NCBI GenBank assembly: GCA_963768705.1
Contig: CAVYJE010000025.1
Coordinates: 161,341 to 225,340, forward strand
Direction: 5' to 3'
DNA from: an uncultured Chloroflexia bacterium
GTDB lineage: Bacteria; Chloroflexota; Dehalococcoidia; DSTF01; WHTK01
Length of the DNA: 64,000 nucleotides
In this document: in pieces, positions 38,991-47,495 of the stretch
Numbering within the stretch: position 1 is the stretch's first letter
Layout of the letters: the number at the start of each line of letters is the position of its first letter
Translations under genes and position numbers: made by a program
Notes under the pieces: model-generated
What the model saw: the letters and a program-made list of their open reading frames with translations, nothing else
What the model was told of the DNA's origin: nothing
Database searches by the model: none

Positions 38991-40711
38991 GTGGAAAACA
39001 CCGAGCTCTTTCGCGACATCCTCCTCGTAGCGGTGGCTGCGCTGCTCGGTGGCGCCGCGGCACAGGCGCTGCAAGCTACCGACGATCATCGGCTTCCTCG
39101 TCGCCGGAGTGGTGATCAGCCCGAACACGCCGGGTCCTGTCGGCAACCTCGAAGACATCACCCACGCCGCCGATCTGGGCGTGATCCTGCTCATGTTCGG
39201 CATCGGCATCGAGCTGTCCTTCCAGCAGCTGCTGGACTACCGGCGCCTCACGCTGCTCGGTGGCGGCGGCATGATCGTGCTGACGCTGTTGCTGGGCATG
39301 GCGTTAGGCCTCGGTCTTGGGCTCGGGAGCAAGGAAGCGCTCGTCCTCGGCTTCCTGGCCGCGAACTCCAGCACCGTGGTCGCGGTGAAGATCCTGGAGG
39401 GCCGCGGCCAGCTCAAGACCGTACCCGGCATCGCGACGATCAACATCTGCATCCTCCAGGAGATCGGCGCCGTGATCATGGTGATCACGATCCCGTCCCT
39501 GGGCGGCGAGGCCTTCGACGTGTTCGAGGTGCTGTTCGCGATCGTCAAGGGCATCGGGCTCATCGGCGTGACGTTCGTGCTGAGCACCCTCGTGCTGCCG
39601 CCGCTGTGGCGCCGCATCGCCTATGCGCGCTCGCGAGAGCTGTCGCTGCTTGCGGCGATTGTGCTCGCCGTGGGCCTGGCGGCGGGCAGCGGCCTGCTCG
39701 GGCTCTCGATTGCTTTCGGGGCGTTCCTGGCGGGCCTCGCGCTGTCCGAGAACGAGTTCGGCCACGCAACGCTGGCCGAGGTGATCCCGCTGCGAGACGT
39801 GTTCGCCTCCGTGTTCTTCCTCTCGATGGGCATGCTGATCGACCCGGCGGTGCGCGTGGGAGGAGCCCGGCATGGTCGTTGCGATCCTGGCCCTGTTCGT
39901 CGGCGGCAAGGTCGTGACGTCCGCGGTGGCCGTGCGCGACCTCCGGCCTGACGATGGCGCACGCGATCCTGACAGCGATCCTGCTGGCGCAGGTGGGCGA
40001 GTTCTCCTTCGTGATCGCGCGCGCTGGCCCTGGAGGAGGGCGTGATCGAGGACGAGCTCGGCTCGGCGTTCCTGCTCGCGGCGGGGCTCTCGATCTTCGT
40101 CAACCCGGCGCTGGTGCAGTTCGGGCCGGCGATCGTCGGTGCGGCGCAGCCGGACGCCTGGGCTGCGCGAGACGGATGGTCGAGACGGTCGAGATGCAGC
40201 AGGCGGAGGAGATCGAGCATCTCACCGTCACGTGGTGATCTGCGGCTACGGTGGCTCGGCGGGCGCGCTCGTACGCAGCCTGCACGGTCGCAACCTGCCC
40301 TTCGTCGTACTCGACAACAACCCGTTCATCCTCGAACGCGTGAAGCAGACCGAGCCGGACCTGCCGTTCATCTACGGTGACGCCACGCGGCCGGAGACGC
40401 TGGAGTTGGCTCACGTGAGTGAGGCGCGCGCCGTGGCGATCACCTTCCCGAACGCCGAAGACGCCCAGCTCATCTCCCAGAGCGCTCGCGCCGCCAACCG
40501 CCGCGTCGACATCGTGGTGCGCGGCAGCAAGGTCAGTCACACGCTCTTGCGCCGGGCGGGCGCCTCCGAGGTAGTCGATCCGGAGTTCGAGGCGAGCCTG
40601 GAGTTCGTGCGCCACGTCTTGCACCGCTTCGGCGTCGATGGCCGCGAGATCAGCGCGCATGCAGACTCGCTGGCGGGTCGAGTACTACCGCGTGGACGAG
40701 TAGCAAGTTGA
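38991..40711 (+). pseudogene. Monovalent cation:proton antiporter (CPA2/Kef-type) with C-terminal TrkA-N (RCK) domain, about 6-7 apparent frameshifts
   Basis: The TM core (PTIIGFLVAGVVISP.., LGVILLMFGIGIE.., AFLAGLALSE..) and the RCK domain (HVVICGYGGSAGALV...) are spread over three frames. Switches lie near 39070, 39852, 39940, 40028, 40150-40170 and 40232. Confidence 0.75.
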
Positions 40712-40775
40712 CTTCGGTTGCCCAAGCTGTATAAACAGATCTATATGGCGGGAAATCGATGGCAGGCGTTCTTCG

Positions 40776-41180
40776 GTGACGACATCGAGGAGACGTGGGA
40801 CTCAATACGCTCCGTACCGGGCGCCTTCGGCAACATCGTCGTCCGGTGTGATCCGGCAGGTACGGCCGATCGACGCCGTCGCGTTTGCCGTGGTGATCGT
40901 CGGACTCGTTTGGCTGGTCATCGGCCACGTCTTCCTGGGCGAGCGGCATCTAGGGCTGTACGTCATCTCCATGCTACCGTTGGTGCTCTGGCTCACGGCC
41001 GGCGCGATCGGCGGCTTCATCTTCCACGTCGGCGCCATCGGCCGCGGTTCGCTCGTGTACTGGGAGTCTTACGTGCTGATTGCGCTCTTCGCCGCTTTTG
41101 GGGTGATCAGTCTGCGACTAGCCCTCGATCCACGCGACCGCCGCGTCTATCGCTCGCCGCCAACGCCCCGCGACGCGTAA
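40776..41180 (+). CDS. Hypothetical membrane protein (start uncertain)
   Basis: ORF with 3-4 predicted TM helices. It may be joined by a frameshift (~40845) to the upstream frame starting at MAGNRWQAFFGDD. Confidence 0.35.
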   Translation: MTTSRRRGTQYAPYRAPSATSSSGVIRQVRPIDAVAFAVVIVGLVWLVIGHVFLGERHLGLYVISMLPLVLWLTAGAIGGFIFHVGAIGRGSLVYWESYVLIALFAAFGVISLRLALDPRDRRVYRSPPTPRDA

Positions 41181-41253
41181 GCCGTCCCGCGGCACCCACC
41201 TGTCCTCTCGATCAGCCGCCGAGGTCATCGGAACCCCGTAAACTGGTCCGGCT

Positions 41254-41851
41254 ATGTCCGACGAACACCCCGCCATCGGCCGCCGCATCGTGATCTGGGG
41301 CGTTACCGGCGCCGGCAAGACCACGCTCGCGCATCAGCTCGGCGAGACGCTGGGCCTGCCTGTCGTGCAGCTCGATGCCATTCGTCACCGCAACGGCTGG
41401 GACTCGACCGATTGGCCGGAGTTTCGCGCCGAGCTGACTGCAACGCTTGAGAGCGCCACCGAGGGCTGGGTCCTCGAAGGCAGCTACTCGCCGCATCATG
41501 GACGTTTATCTCTCGCGGGCCGACACGATGATCTGGCTCAACCTGCCGTGGCGAGTCTCGTTCTGGCGCCTGTTCCAGCGCACCGTGGCGCGGGCATGGG
41601 ATCAGAAGCCGCTCTACAACACCGACGGTCCCACCGAGTCGTGGCGCCTGTCGTTCTTCGACCGCCGTTCCATCCTGTGGTGGTCGATAAAGACTCATCG
41701 CCCCGTGAAGCGCAGCCGCCGTGAGCGCATCGCCGCCCTGCCGCCGCACGTGCGCGTGCACGAACTGCGCAGCGCCGGGGAGGTCGCGGCATTTCGGGCT
41801 GGGGTGGAGGCCCTTTCGAGCCAGCCTCTTGACAATCGCGCCAATACCTAG
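41254..41851 (+). pseudogene. P-loop kinase-like ATPase (adenylate-kinase/topology-modulation-protein-like), one apparent frameshift ~41488
   Basis: The P-loop is in IWGVTGAGKTTLA. The C-terminal half (IMDVYLSRADTMIWLNLPW...) is in the frame of ORF 41447-41851. Confidence 0.6.
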
Positions 41852-41861
41852 ATGATCTAGG
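41847..41861 (+). promoter_or_regulatory. Palindrome CCTAGAT-G-ATCTAGG immediately upstream of the PadR start; TTGACA at 41829-41834
   Basis: It has 7-bp perfect arms ending 1 nt before the ATG. TTGACA-N16-GATGAT-N6-ATG would give a leaderless padR transcript. Confidence 0.4.
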
Positions 41862-41862
41862 C

Positions 41863-42183
41863 ATGACAGATCTCATCGGTAACCAGTCTGATCTCTTGAT
41901 CCTCGCCGTGCTGCAGACCGGGCCGGCGCATGGCTACGCCATCATCCAGGCGATCAAGTCTCGAAGCGACGAGGCGTTTGACCTGCCTGAGGGCACGATT
42001 TACCCGGCGCTGCACCGTCTCGAGCGCGAAGGCTTTCTAGTCAGCGCCTGGTCTGTGGTCGAGGGCCGTCGCCGCCGCATCTACGACCTGAGCGCCGCCG
42101 GACGAGAGGCCCTCGTCGAGAAGCGACAGGCCTGGGCCCAGTTCACCTCCGCGATGAACTCGGTGATTGGAGCGACGACATGA
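41863..42183 (+). CDS. PadR-family transcriptional regulator
   Basis: 106 aa with the motifs LLILAVLQTGPAHGYAI and GTIYPALHRLEREGFL. Confidence 0.85.
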   Translation: MTDLIGNQSDLLILAVLQTGPAHGYAIIQAIKSRSDEAFDLPEGTIYPALHRLEREGFLVSAWSVVEGRRRRIYDLSAAGREALVEKRQAWAQFTSAMNSVIGATT

Positions 42184-42950
42184 ACCAGCGAACTTCCATC
42201 CAGCAGTACCTGGACCAGCTCGCGGATCTCTTGCTCGTGTCCCCCCGGCGGGCGCGTCGCATCCTCGCCGAGGTGGAGGACCACCTCTCGGCGGCACGCC
42301 AGGAGCTCATCGATAGCGGCATGTCGCCGGAGGAGGCAGAGGCGACGGCGCTGCGGCAGTTCGGCTCGCCTGCAGTCGTGGCGCGCGACTTCCGCCGGCA
42401 GTCGGCGCTGTCGTGGCTGTCGTTTATCGAGGCGGTTGGGACGCCGCTGATTGGCCTCGCTGCCGTCGGGCTGATTGCGATTGGACTCAGCGGCGTGCTG
42501 GCGTTCGCCATCGGGGTCATCGCCGGCAAGGACTACGTGGCAGGCGACGCGCCGGGTGTGACCTACACGGCCAGTCGCTGCGCCGAGTATCTGCAGCTCT
42601 ATCCCGGGGCGGGCGACTGCACCTCGGCGGCGTTGGCAGACCACTTCGATGAGGTGGTGGGCTTCCGGGTGGCTGCCGGTGTTCTCGGCCTCATCGGGTT
42701 GGGCGTCTACTTCGCGACGCGCCGTTTGCGCCGTCCCGTGCGCATGCCGGCGGCCTTCGCGCCGACCCTTGGCTTGGCGGCGTTTGCTCCCGTGGGCATA
42801 GGCCTAATGGGACTTGGCGTTATGCAGACCGTATCGGGCGGTGGCGGTGGAGGAGCGAATGTAGCGGCCGGTCTCGTCGCGCTGATCTTCGCCGCCGTGT
42901 TCGCGATGCGGCTGGTGCCGATGCTGATGCCGCAGGTAGCCTCAGAGTAG
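42180..42950 (+). CDS. Membrane protein with N-terminal HAAS / permease-prefix domain (PadR-associated sensor-like)
   Basis: The start overlaps the PadR stop (ATGA). The N-terminus (IQQYLDQLADLL...ILAEVEDHLSAARQELIDSGMSPEEAEATALRQFGSP) is followed by 4 TM helices. Confidence 0.65.
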   Translation: MNQRTSIQQYLDQLADLLLVSPRRARRILAEVEDHLSAARQELIDSGMSPEEAEATALRQFGSPAVVARDFRRQSALSWLSFIEAVGTPLIGLAAVGLIAIGLSGVLAFAIGVIAGKDYVAGDAPGVTYTASRCAEYLQLYPGAGDCTSAALADHFDEVVGFRVAAGVLGLIGLGVYFATRRLRRPVRMPAAFAPTLGLAAFAPVGIGLMGLGVMQTVSGGGGGGANVAAGLVALIFAAVFAMRLVPMLMPQVASE

Positions 42951-43191
42951 GGCTTTCACCTCGACGGGGAGAAAGCGTTTGGCCAAGAAACGCGGTGTGC
43001 CCTTTCCGAAGACGGAGAGGGGGCTAGGGGTGAGCTGTGCCAGCGCCTCGGAACGCAATCGAGCCCTACGCGTCCTACGACAAGCTCAGAGCAAACGGTA
43101 ATGACTGACTCGCGGCAAAGGCACCGACCAGTGGTTCGTATTCGGGCAAGTGCTTCGCAATCAGCAGCGGCAGCCCTCTGCCGTAACGCAG

Positions 43192-43467
43192 TTACCCCCC
43201 GGCGACCGCGGGCACGATCGAGACTTCGTCGCCGGCCTTGAGGGCCGAGCCGAGGCCTTCCATGAAGCGGACGTCCTCGCCGTTGATGTAGACGTTGACG
43301 AAGCGGCGCAGCTCGCCGGTCTCGTCGCAGATGCGCTCTTTGATCCCCGGAAACGAGGTCTCGAGGCCGTCAATGCAGACAGCGAGCGTGCCTTCTTCGC
43401 CAGCGACCACGTCCTGCTCGCCGGTGAGACCGCGCAGCGGCGTTGGAATACGAACCTTTACGGACAT
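43192..43467 (-). CDS. MoaD/ThiS-family sulfur-carrier protein (C-terminal Gly-Gly)
   Basis: 91 aa ending ..VSIVPAVAGG*, with a beta-grasp-like pattern (VKVRIPTPLR..., FVNVYINGEDV). Confidence 0.75.
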   Translation of the reverse strand: MSVKVRIPTPLRGLTGEQDVVAGEEGTLAVCIDGLETSFPGIKERICDETGELRRFVNVYINGEDVRFMEGLGSALKAGDEVSIVPAVAGG

Positions 43468-43484
43468 CCTTTACCCCGTCCTAC

Positions 43485-43748
43485 TTAGTGAAAACCGCCC
43501 ATGCTCCGGCGCCGGAGCTTCTGTGATGCATGCTCCACCGCCGACTCCCAGCTCCGATTGCCCTTCGCGTCGGTCATCGGCGCCGGCTCGTATCGGTCGA
43601 ACGGCGAAGCGGGGTTCTTCCGTCTTGCCCGGTCGATCGTCGCCGGGCTGATCTCGGCGTTGCGCATGCACAGCACGCCGAGGCCCATGACCAGAACCAT
43701 AAAGGCCACTGGCAGCATCATGCTAACGAACATCCAGACTAAGAACAT
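43485..43748 (-). CDS. Small membrane protein (87 aa), unknown function
   Basis: The ATG overlaps the NIL gene stop (TGATG). It has one or two TM helices (MFLVWMFVSMMLPVAFMVLVMGLGVL) and a basic tail. Confidence 0.4.
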   Translation of the reverse strand: MFLVWMFVSMMLPVAFMVLVMGLGVLCMRNAEISPATIDRARRKNPASPFDRYEPAPMTDAKGNRSWESAVEHASQKLRRRSMGGFH

Positions 43749-43999
43749 CAGCCCTCGATGATGCTGTCTTCGATCGGGTCGACGCGCACACCGCGCTCTT
43801 CGACCCACTTCAAGCCCTGCTCCAGGTCCTGCTTCTCACCGTCCAGCTCGAGCACCGCCCAGGCGATCTCCGCCGTGACGTCAGCGCGCCGGATGTTCGT
43901 CATCAGGTCGAAGCGCTTGCCGACCTCCCAGATGATCGGTTCCCGGATCTGCTCTGAAGGGAAGGTGAACTTCACTCTCGCCTTGGCCATATCGGACAC
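43748..43999 (-). CDS. NIL-domain protein
   Basis: 83 aa (KARVKFTFPSEQIREPIIWEVGKRFDLMTNIRRADV...AWAVLELDGEKQDLEQGLKWVEERGVRV). The pattern matches the NIL domain found at the C-terminus of MetN-type ATPases. Confidence 0.65.
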   Translation of the reverse strand: MSDMAKARVKFTFPSEQIREPIIWEVGKRFDLMTNIRRADVTAEIAWAVLELDGEKQDLEQGLKWVEERGVRVDPIEDSIIEG

Positions 44000-44041
44000 C
44001 CTCCTTCCTCCTTGTCTTTCTAAAGATACACGAGCGTTGGT

Positions 44042-44125
44042 TGCTCAGTAACAAGTAACAGCTAGCACGTGACAAGCACCGAGGCCGAGGCCTCTTGTGA
44101 CTGTTACTGGTTACTTTACTTGTTA
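44042..44125. repeat. Long imperfect inverted repeat with 7-nt periodicity and a central GAGGCC-GA-GGCCTC hairpin
   Basis: TGCTCAG TAACAAG TAACAG... faces CTTGTGA CTGTTAC TGGTTAC TTTACTT. It lies between the ThrC-family gene and the NIL gene. Confidence 0.65.
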
Positions 44126-44132
44126 TGCCTAC

Positions 44133-45383
44133 TCACACGGTTACGGGGCTGCGGCCTCCGTGGCGCTCCAGCAGGGCCGCCTCGAACGATTCAACCGTGG
44201 GCTTCACGTTCAAGGCTTCGGGCACGGAGTCCGCGACGGCTTCTTGCGTCTTCAGGCCGCCGCCCGTGATGCAGGCAACGATGACCTCGTCCGGGTGGAC
44301 GTGGCCGTTGGCGACGAGCTGTCGCAGGCCCGCAACGGTAACGCCGCCAGCCGTCTCGGCGAAGATGCCCTCGGTCTCGGCCAGGAGCTTGATGCCCTCG
44401 ACGACCTCGGGGTCGCTGACGGAAGCGCCGGCGCCGTTGGTGTCCTGCATGATCTTCAGCGTGTAGTAGCCGTCCGCCGGGTTGCCGATGGCCAGCGACT
44501 TCGCGATCGTGTTGGGTCGCACGGGCCTGAACGTGAGCGTGTTGTTCTTCCAGGCCGTGATGATCGGCGAGCAGCCGTCGGCCTGGCAGCCCGACATGCG
44601 CGTCTGCTTCTCCTCGATGAGGCCGAGCTGCGTCAGCTCCTTGAGGCCCTTGTAGATCTTGCCGTACAGAGAGCCCGAGGCCAGCGGCACGATGCAGTGG
44701 TCCGGCGCCCGCCAGCCAAGCTGCTCGGCGATCTCGTACGCCATGGTCTTCGAGCCTTCGGAGTAGTAGGGGCGGACGTTGATGTTGACGAAGGCCCACG
44801 GGTACTTGCCGCCGAGCTCGGAGCAGAGGCGGTTGACGTCATCGTAGGAGCCGTCGACAGCGACGAGGTTGGCGCCGTAGATCTTCGAGCCCAGGAGCTT
44901 GCCTGCTTCGAGGTCGCTGGGCACGAAGACGAAGGCCTCCATGCCTGCCTTCGCGGCGTGGGCGGAGACGGCGTTCGCCAGGTTGCCGGTGGAGGCGCAG
45001 GCGAGGGTCTTGTAGCCCAGCTCGCGCGCCTTGCTCGACGCGACGGCGACGACGCGGTCCTTGAAGCTCCACGTCGGGTTGGCGCAGTCGTTCTTGAGGT
45101 AGAGGTTCTTCAGGCCCAGGTGCTCGCCGAGGTTGGTGGCGCGCAGCAGGGGCGTGAAGCCGGCGTTGAGGTCGACGGGCTCACCTTCGACGGGCAGGAG
45201 GTCCTTGTAGCGCCAGACGGAGTAGGGACCCTGCTCGATGCTCTGGTGCGAGATGCTCTGCTTCATCGCCTCGTAGTCGTAGACGACTTCGAGGGGGCCG
45301 AAGCAGAACTCGCAGACGTGGCTGGCGGTCATGGCGTATTCGCGACCGCACTCCCGGCAACGAAGGGCTTTTGCGAAGGACAT
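44133..45383 (-). CDS. Threonine-synthase-family PLP enzyme with N-terminal zinc ribbon (ThrC or ThrC-like sulfur-incorporating enzyme)
   Basis: Intact 416-aa ORF. It has an N-terminal Cys4 motif (CRECG...CEFC), the PLP-lysine motif PTWSFKDR and a GGLKT region. AAGAGG lies upstream of the ATG. Confidence 0.85.
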   Translation of the reverse strand: MSFAKALRCRECGREYAMTASHVCEFCFGPLEVVYDYEAMKQSISHQSIEQGPYSVWRYKDLLPVEGEPVDLNAGFTPLLRATNLGEHLGLKNLYLKNDCANPTWSFKDRVVAVASSKARELGYKTLACASTGNLANAVSAHAAKAGMEAFVFVPSDLEAGKLLGSKIYGANLVAVDGSYDDVNRLCSELGGKYPWAFVNINVRPYYSEGSKTMAYEIAEQLGWRAPDHCIVPLASGSLYGKIYKGLKELTQLGLIEEKQTRMSGCQADGCSPIITAWKNNTLTFRPVRPNTIAKSLAIGNPADGYYTLKIMQDTNGAGASVSDPEVVEGIKLLAETEGIFAETAGGVTVAGLRQLVANGHVHPDEVIVACITGGGLKTQEAVADSVPEALNVKPTVESFEAALLERHGGRSPVTV

Positions 45384-45685
45384 TGGCGATACCTCTTATG
45401 GAGTAACGGCCTCCGAGGCGGAGACCTGAATGAGCGATTCGGCTATCGATGATAGTGCGAGGGAGTAGTGAAAGTCCCCGCGTCAGGCGAGACGCAGGGA
45501 CGGTCGCATCGCCATGCCGGCGCCGGGACGGGCAACGGGGCGTTTGTGGCTCACCAACACATTATGTCGGCCCATAGTAGGCGAAATCGTATCGCACCCC
45601 CCGAAGGGGGTCAACCCGAATTGTTTATGCCTCCAGCCGAATCGCAGTCGAGGCCATTGTGTGGTGCGTACGAAGGCCACGATAT

Positions 45686-45713
45686 TTGACATCTGGAACG
45701 ACCGTTCTATAAT
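45686..45713 (+). promoter_or_regulatory. Perfect consensus sigma-70-type promoter TTGACA-N16-TATAAT, 9 nt before the TcmP-like ATG
   Basis: TTGACA is at 45686-45691 and TATAAT at 45708-45713. The predicted start site lies about 2-3 nt before the ATG at 45723, so the mRNA would be effectively leaderless, and no SD sequence is present. Confidence 0.6.
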
Positions 45714-45722
45714 TCATCCACT

Positions 45723-46505
45723 ATGCCAAGGATCGTGGGCGACTGGACCCGGGACAAACTTCGAATCCTGCAGACCTATCTACCAGGATATCTTCAGGCG
45801 ACAACAGCGGCTCGCGAACGTATTTACATCGATGCCTTCGCGGGGCCAGGCACAAATCGTCTGGAGAGTTCCGGCCAAGTTATCGATGGCTCCCCGCTGA
45901 TCGCCTTGAAGGCTCGAGCGCAAAACGAGACCGAGTTTAGCCGCTACTTTTTCATTGAGCGAGATCCCCATCTAGCGGATGAGCTAAGGGCGAACATCCA
46001 GACGTACTTCCCATCGCGCCGGATAGAGGTGATTACGGGAGACGTAAATGTAGAGCTTCCTCGGGTTGTACGAGGCCTACCAAAGCAATCGCCGACGTTT
46101 GTTTTCCTGGATACGGAAGGCATTGATCCTCAGTGGAGAACAATTGTCTCAATCTCCGACTGGCGTGTTGAGTTTCTCATCAACTTTCCACTTGGGATGA
46201 GCATCAATCGGAATGCGGACAGCCGGAAGACCTTGGAGTACTTTGGAACGGACGAATGCCTTGATCTGCTCAGGCGCAGTGACTCGGGCCGTACCCGGGC
46301 CCTACTAGACCTCTATAAGAGTCGTCTCGCAGCTCTTGGCTTTCTGTATACGACCGAGAATGATCTCTTGATCAAGACCATAGCCAACGTGCGGCTGTAC
46401 TACCTTGTGTTCGTCAGCAAGGTCGAGCCGGCGCAGACCATTATGAACTGGGTTTTCAGACAGCCTGACGTGCGGGGGCAAGGGCGTCTTGATCTCCAGG
46501 GTTAG
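45723..46505 (+). CDS. TcmP-like protein (three-Cys-motif partner protein family; Rossmann methyltransferase-like)
   Basis: Intact 260-aa ORF with W-x3-K-x6-YL at the N-terminus, then IYIDAFAGPG, FIERD, VFLDTEG and a C-terminal helical part. G+C is clearly lower than the flanking sequence. Confidence 0.7.
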   Translation: MPRIVGDWTRDKLRILQTYLPGYLQATTAARERIYIDAFAGPGTNRLESSGQVIDGSPLIALKARAQNETEFSRYFFIERDPHLADELRANIQTYFPSRRIEVITGDVNVELPRVVRGLPKQSPTFVFLDTEGIDPQWRTIVSISDWRVEFLINFPLGMSINRNADSRKTLEYFGTDECLDLLRRSDSGRTRALLDLYKSRLAALGFLYTTENDLLIKTIANVRLYYLVFVSKVEPAQTIMNWVFRQPDVRGQGRLDLQG

Positions 46506-47226
46506 GCATTTCATCCCAGGTAGTCTGGTCGAGAAGACGGCCACTTTTCTTCTTGCCCAGTTTGTTGCCTGCTTCATCGTGTGTCCCCCACTGCTTGAAG
46601 AAGAACGGCACGCCAGCTCTCTTGCATTGTTCACGGACTGAGCGAACCCATTCCACACTCATAGGTCGGGCCCGGTGACCGCTCTCGCCTCCAACGATGA
46701 CCCAGTGAATGTCAGTCAAATTCAAGTCATTCAACGGCCCCAGTAGTGGTTCGCAGGACAGGAACCTAACCTGCGCGGGCACCTCGCGGAGCCAATCGAT
46801 ACGCGATGTCCAACGCTGGTTCTCGACTGATACGCCGACCCAGACGTTGGGAGGGAACGGCAACTCATCCGCCAAGCCAGCCAAGCGTTCGGGTCTCTTT
46901 GTTAGTAACTGGAAGGTGTGCCAGTCGGCAGCTTCCATCGTGGCGAATACGCCTTTGATGAATTTGTCTGGCACGTCTTTGTGGAAAAGGTCGCTCATGC
47001 TGTTGACGAAGATGAGCTTCGACTTCTTCCAGGTTAGCGGCTGTTGGAGTCGCTCATGGCGCAGGGTGAGGTCAAAGCCTCGCTCGTATGGATGATCGGG
47101 AACGCCTCTAAAACGCTCGGCGAACGTCTTCGCATAGCAGTTCGCACATCCCGGGGACACCTGGGTGCACCCGGTCACGGGGTTCCAGGTTGCTTCTGTC
47201 CACTCGATGTGACTGTTAAGGCTCAT
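46456..47226 (-). CDS. DUF5131 / phage Gp37-Gp68 family three-Cys-motif protein
   Basis: Intact 256-aa ORF opening SHIEWTEATWNPVTGCTQVSPGCANCYA (C-x5-C-x2-C), then FVNSMSDLFH, FLSCEPLLGP, VIVGGESG and FFFKQWG. It overlaps the 3' end of the TcmP-like gene by 50 bp. Confidence 0.75.
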   Translation of the reverse strand: MSLNSHIEWTEATWNPVTGCTQVSPGCANCYAKTFAERFRGVPDHPYERGFDLTLRHERLQQPLTWKKSKLIFVNSMSDLFHKDVPDKFIKGVFATMEAADWHTFQLLTKRPERLAGLADELPFPPNVWVGVSVENQRWTSRIDWLREVPAQVRFLSCEPLLGPLNDLNLTDIHWVIVGGESGHRARPMSVEWVRSVREQCKRAGVPFFFKQWGTHDEAGNKLGKKKSGRLLDQTTWDEMPNPGDQDALAPARQAV

Positions 47227-47320
47227 AGCACGCCTGTTCTATGGTGGCACAGTATGCCCACAAACGCAAAGTACGCGTGCGAGCCGCACACTGTCCAGCG
47301 GGGCGGGGAATTCCAGGTAA

Positions 47321-47352
47321 TCAAAACGCACGCCGCGAAATCGGGCGTGCGC
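47321..47352 (-). terminator. Rho-independent terminator of tRNA-Gly
   Basis: Minus-sense GCGCACGCC-CGATTTCGC-GGCGTGCG followed by TTTTGATT. Confidence 0.65.
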
Positions 47353-47367
47353 TTTAGCGTCGCGGGT

Positions 47368-47442
<75 letters not shown>

Positions 47443-47495
47443 GAACCCTCCTAGTATAGTCGCCGGTTTCCTATGCGCAAAGGCCCGAGCGAGCG

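Noticed and set aside
42985-43060. The sequence CCCTTTCCGAAGACGGAGAGGGGGCTAGGGGTGAG as a member of a dispersed repeat family
   Set aside because: Only one copy is present in this window, so I cannot support a repeat call from the data in hand.
45384-45520. Possible SAM/S-box-like riboswitch in the leader of the ThrC-family gene (CTCTTATGGAG...GAGG...TGAATGAG resembles part of an S-box)
   Set aside because: The resemblance is on the wrong strand for the ThrC-family gene and matches only a few consensus positions. The minus-sense leader shows just an 8-bp hairpin (GGUCUCCG-CCU-CGGAGGCC) and an AAGAGG RBS. An Infernal/Rfam scan would be needed to say more.
45590-45615. The CCCCCC-GAA-GGGGG hairpin as a terminator
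   Set aside because: It has no U-tract on either strand and no gene end within a sensible distance. It lies in the compositionally odd spacer before the TcmP promoter.
45450-47367. An integrative element with att sites at tRNA-Gly
   Set aside because: There is no integrase or recombinase gene. I found no direct repeat of the tRNA 3' end (TTCGAATCTCGTCTCCCGC) at the distal boundary. Only the compositional shift and tRNA adjacency support acquisition, so I describe it as an islet rather than a defined mobile element.
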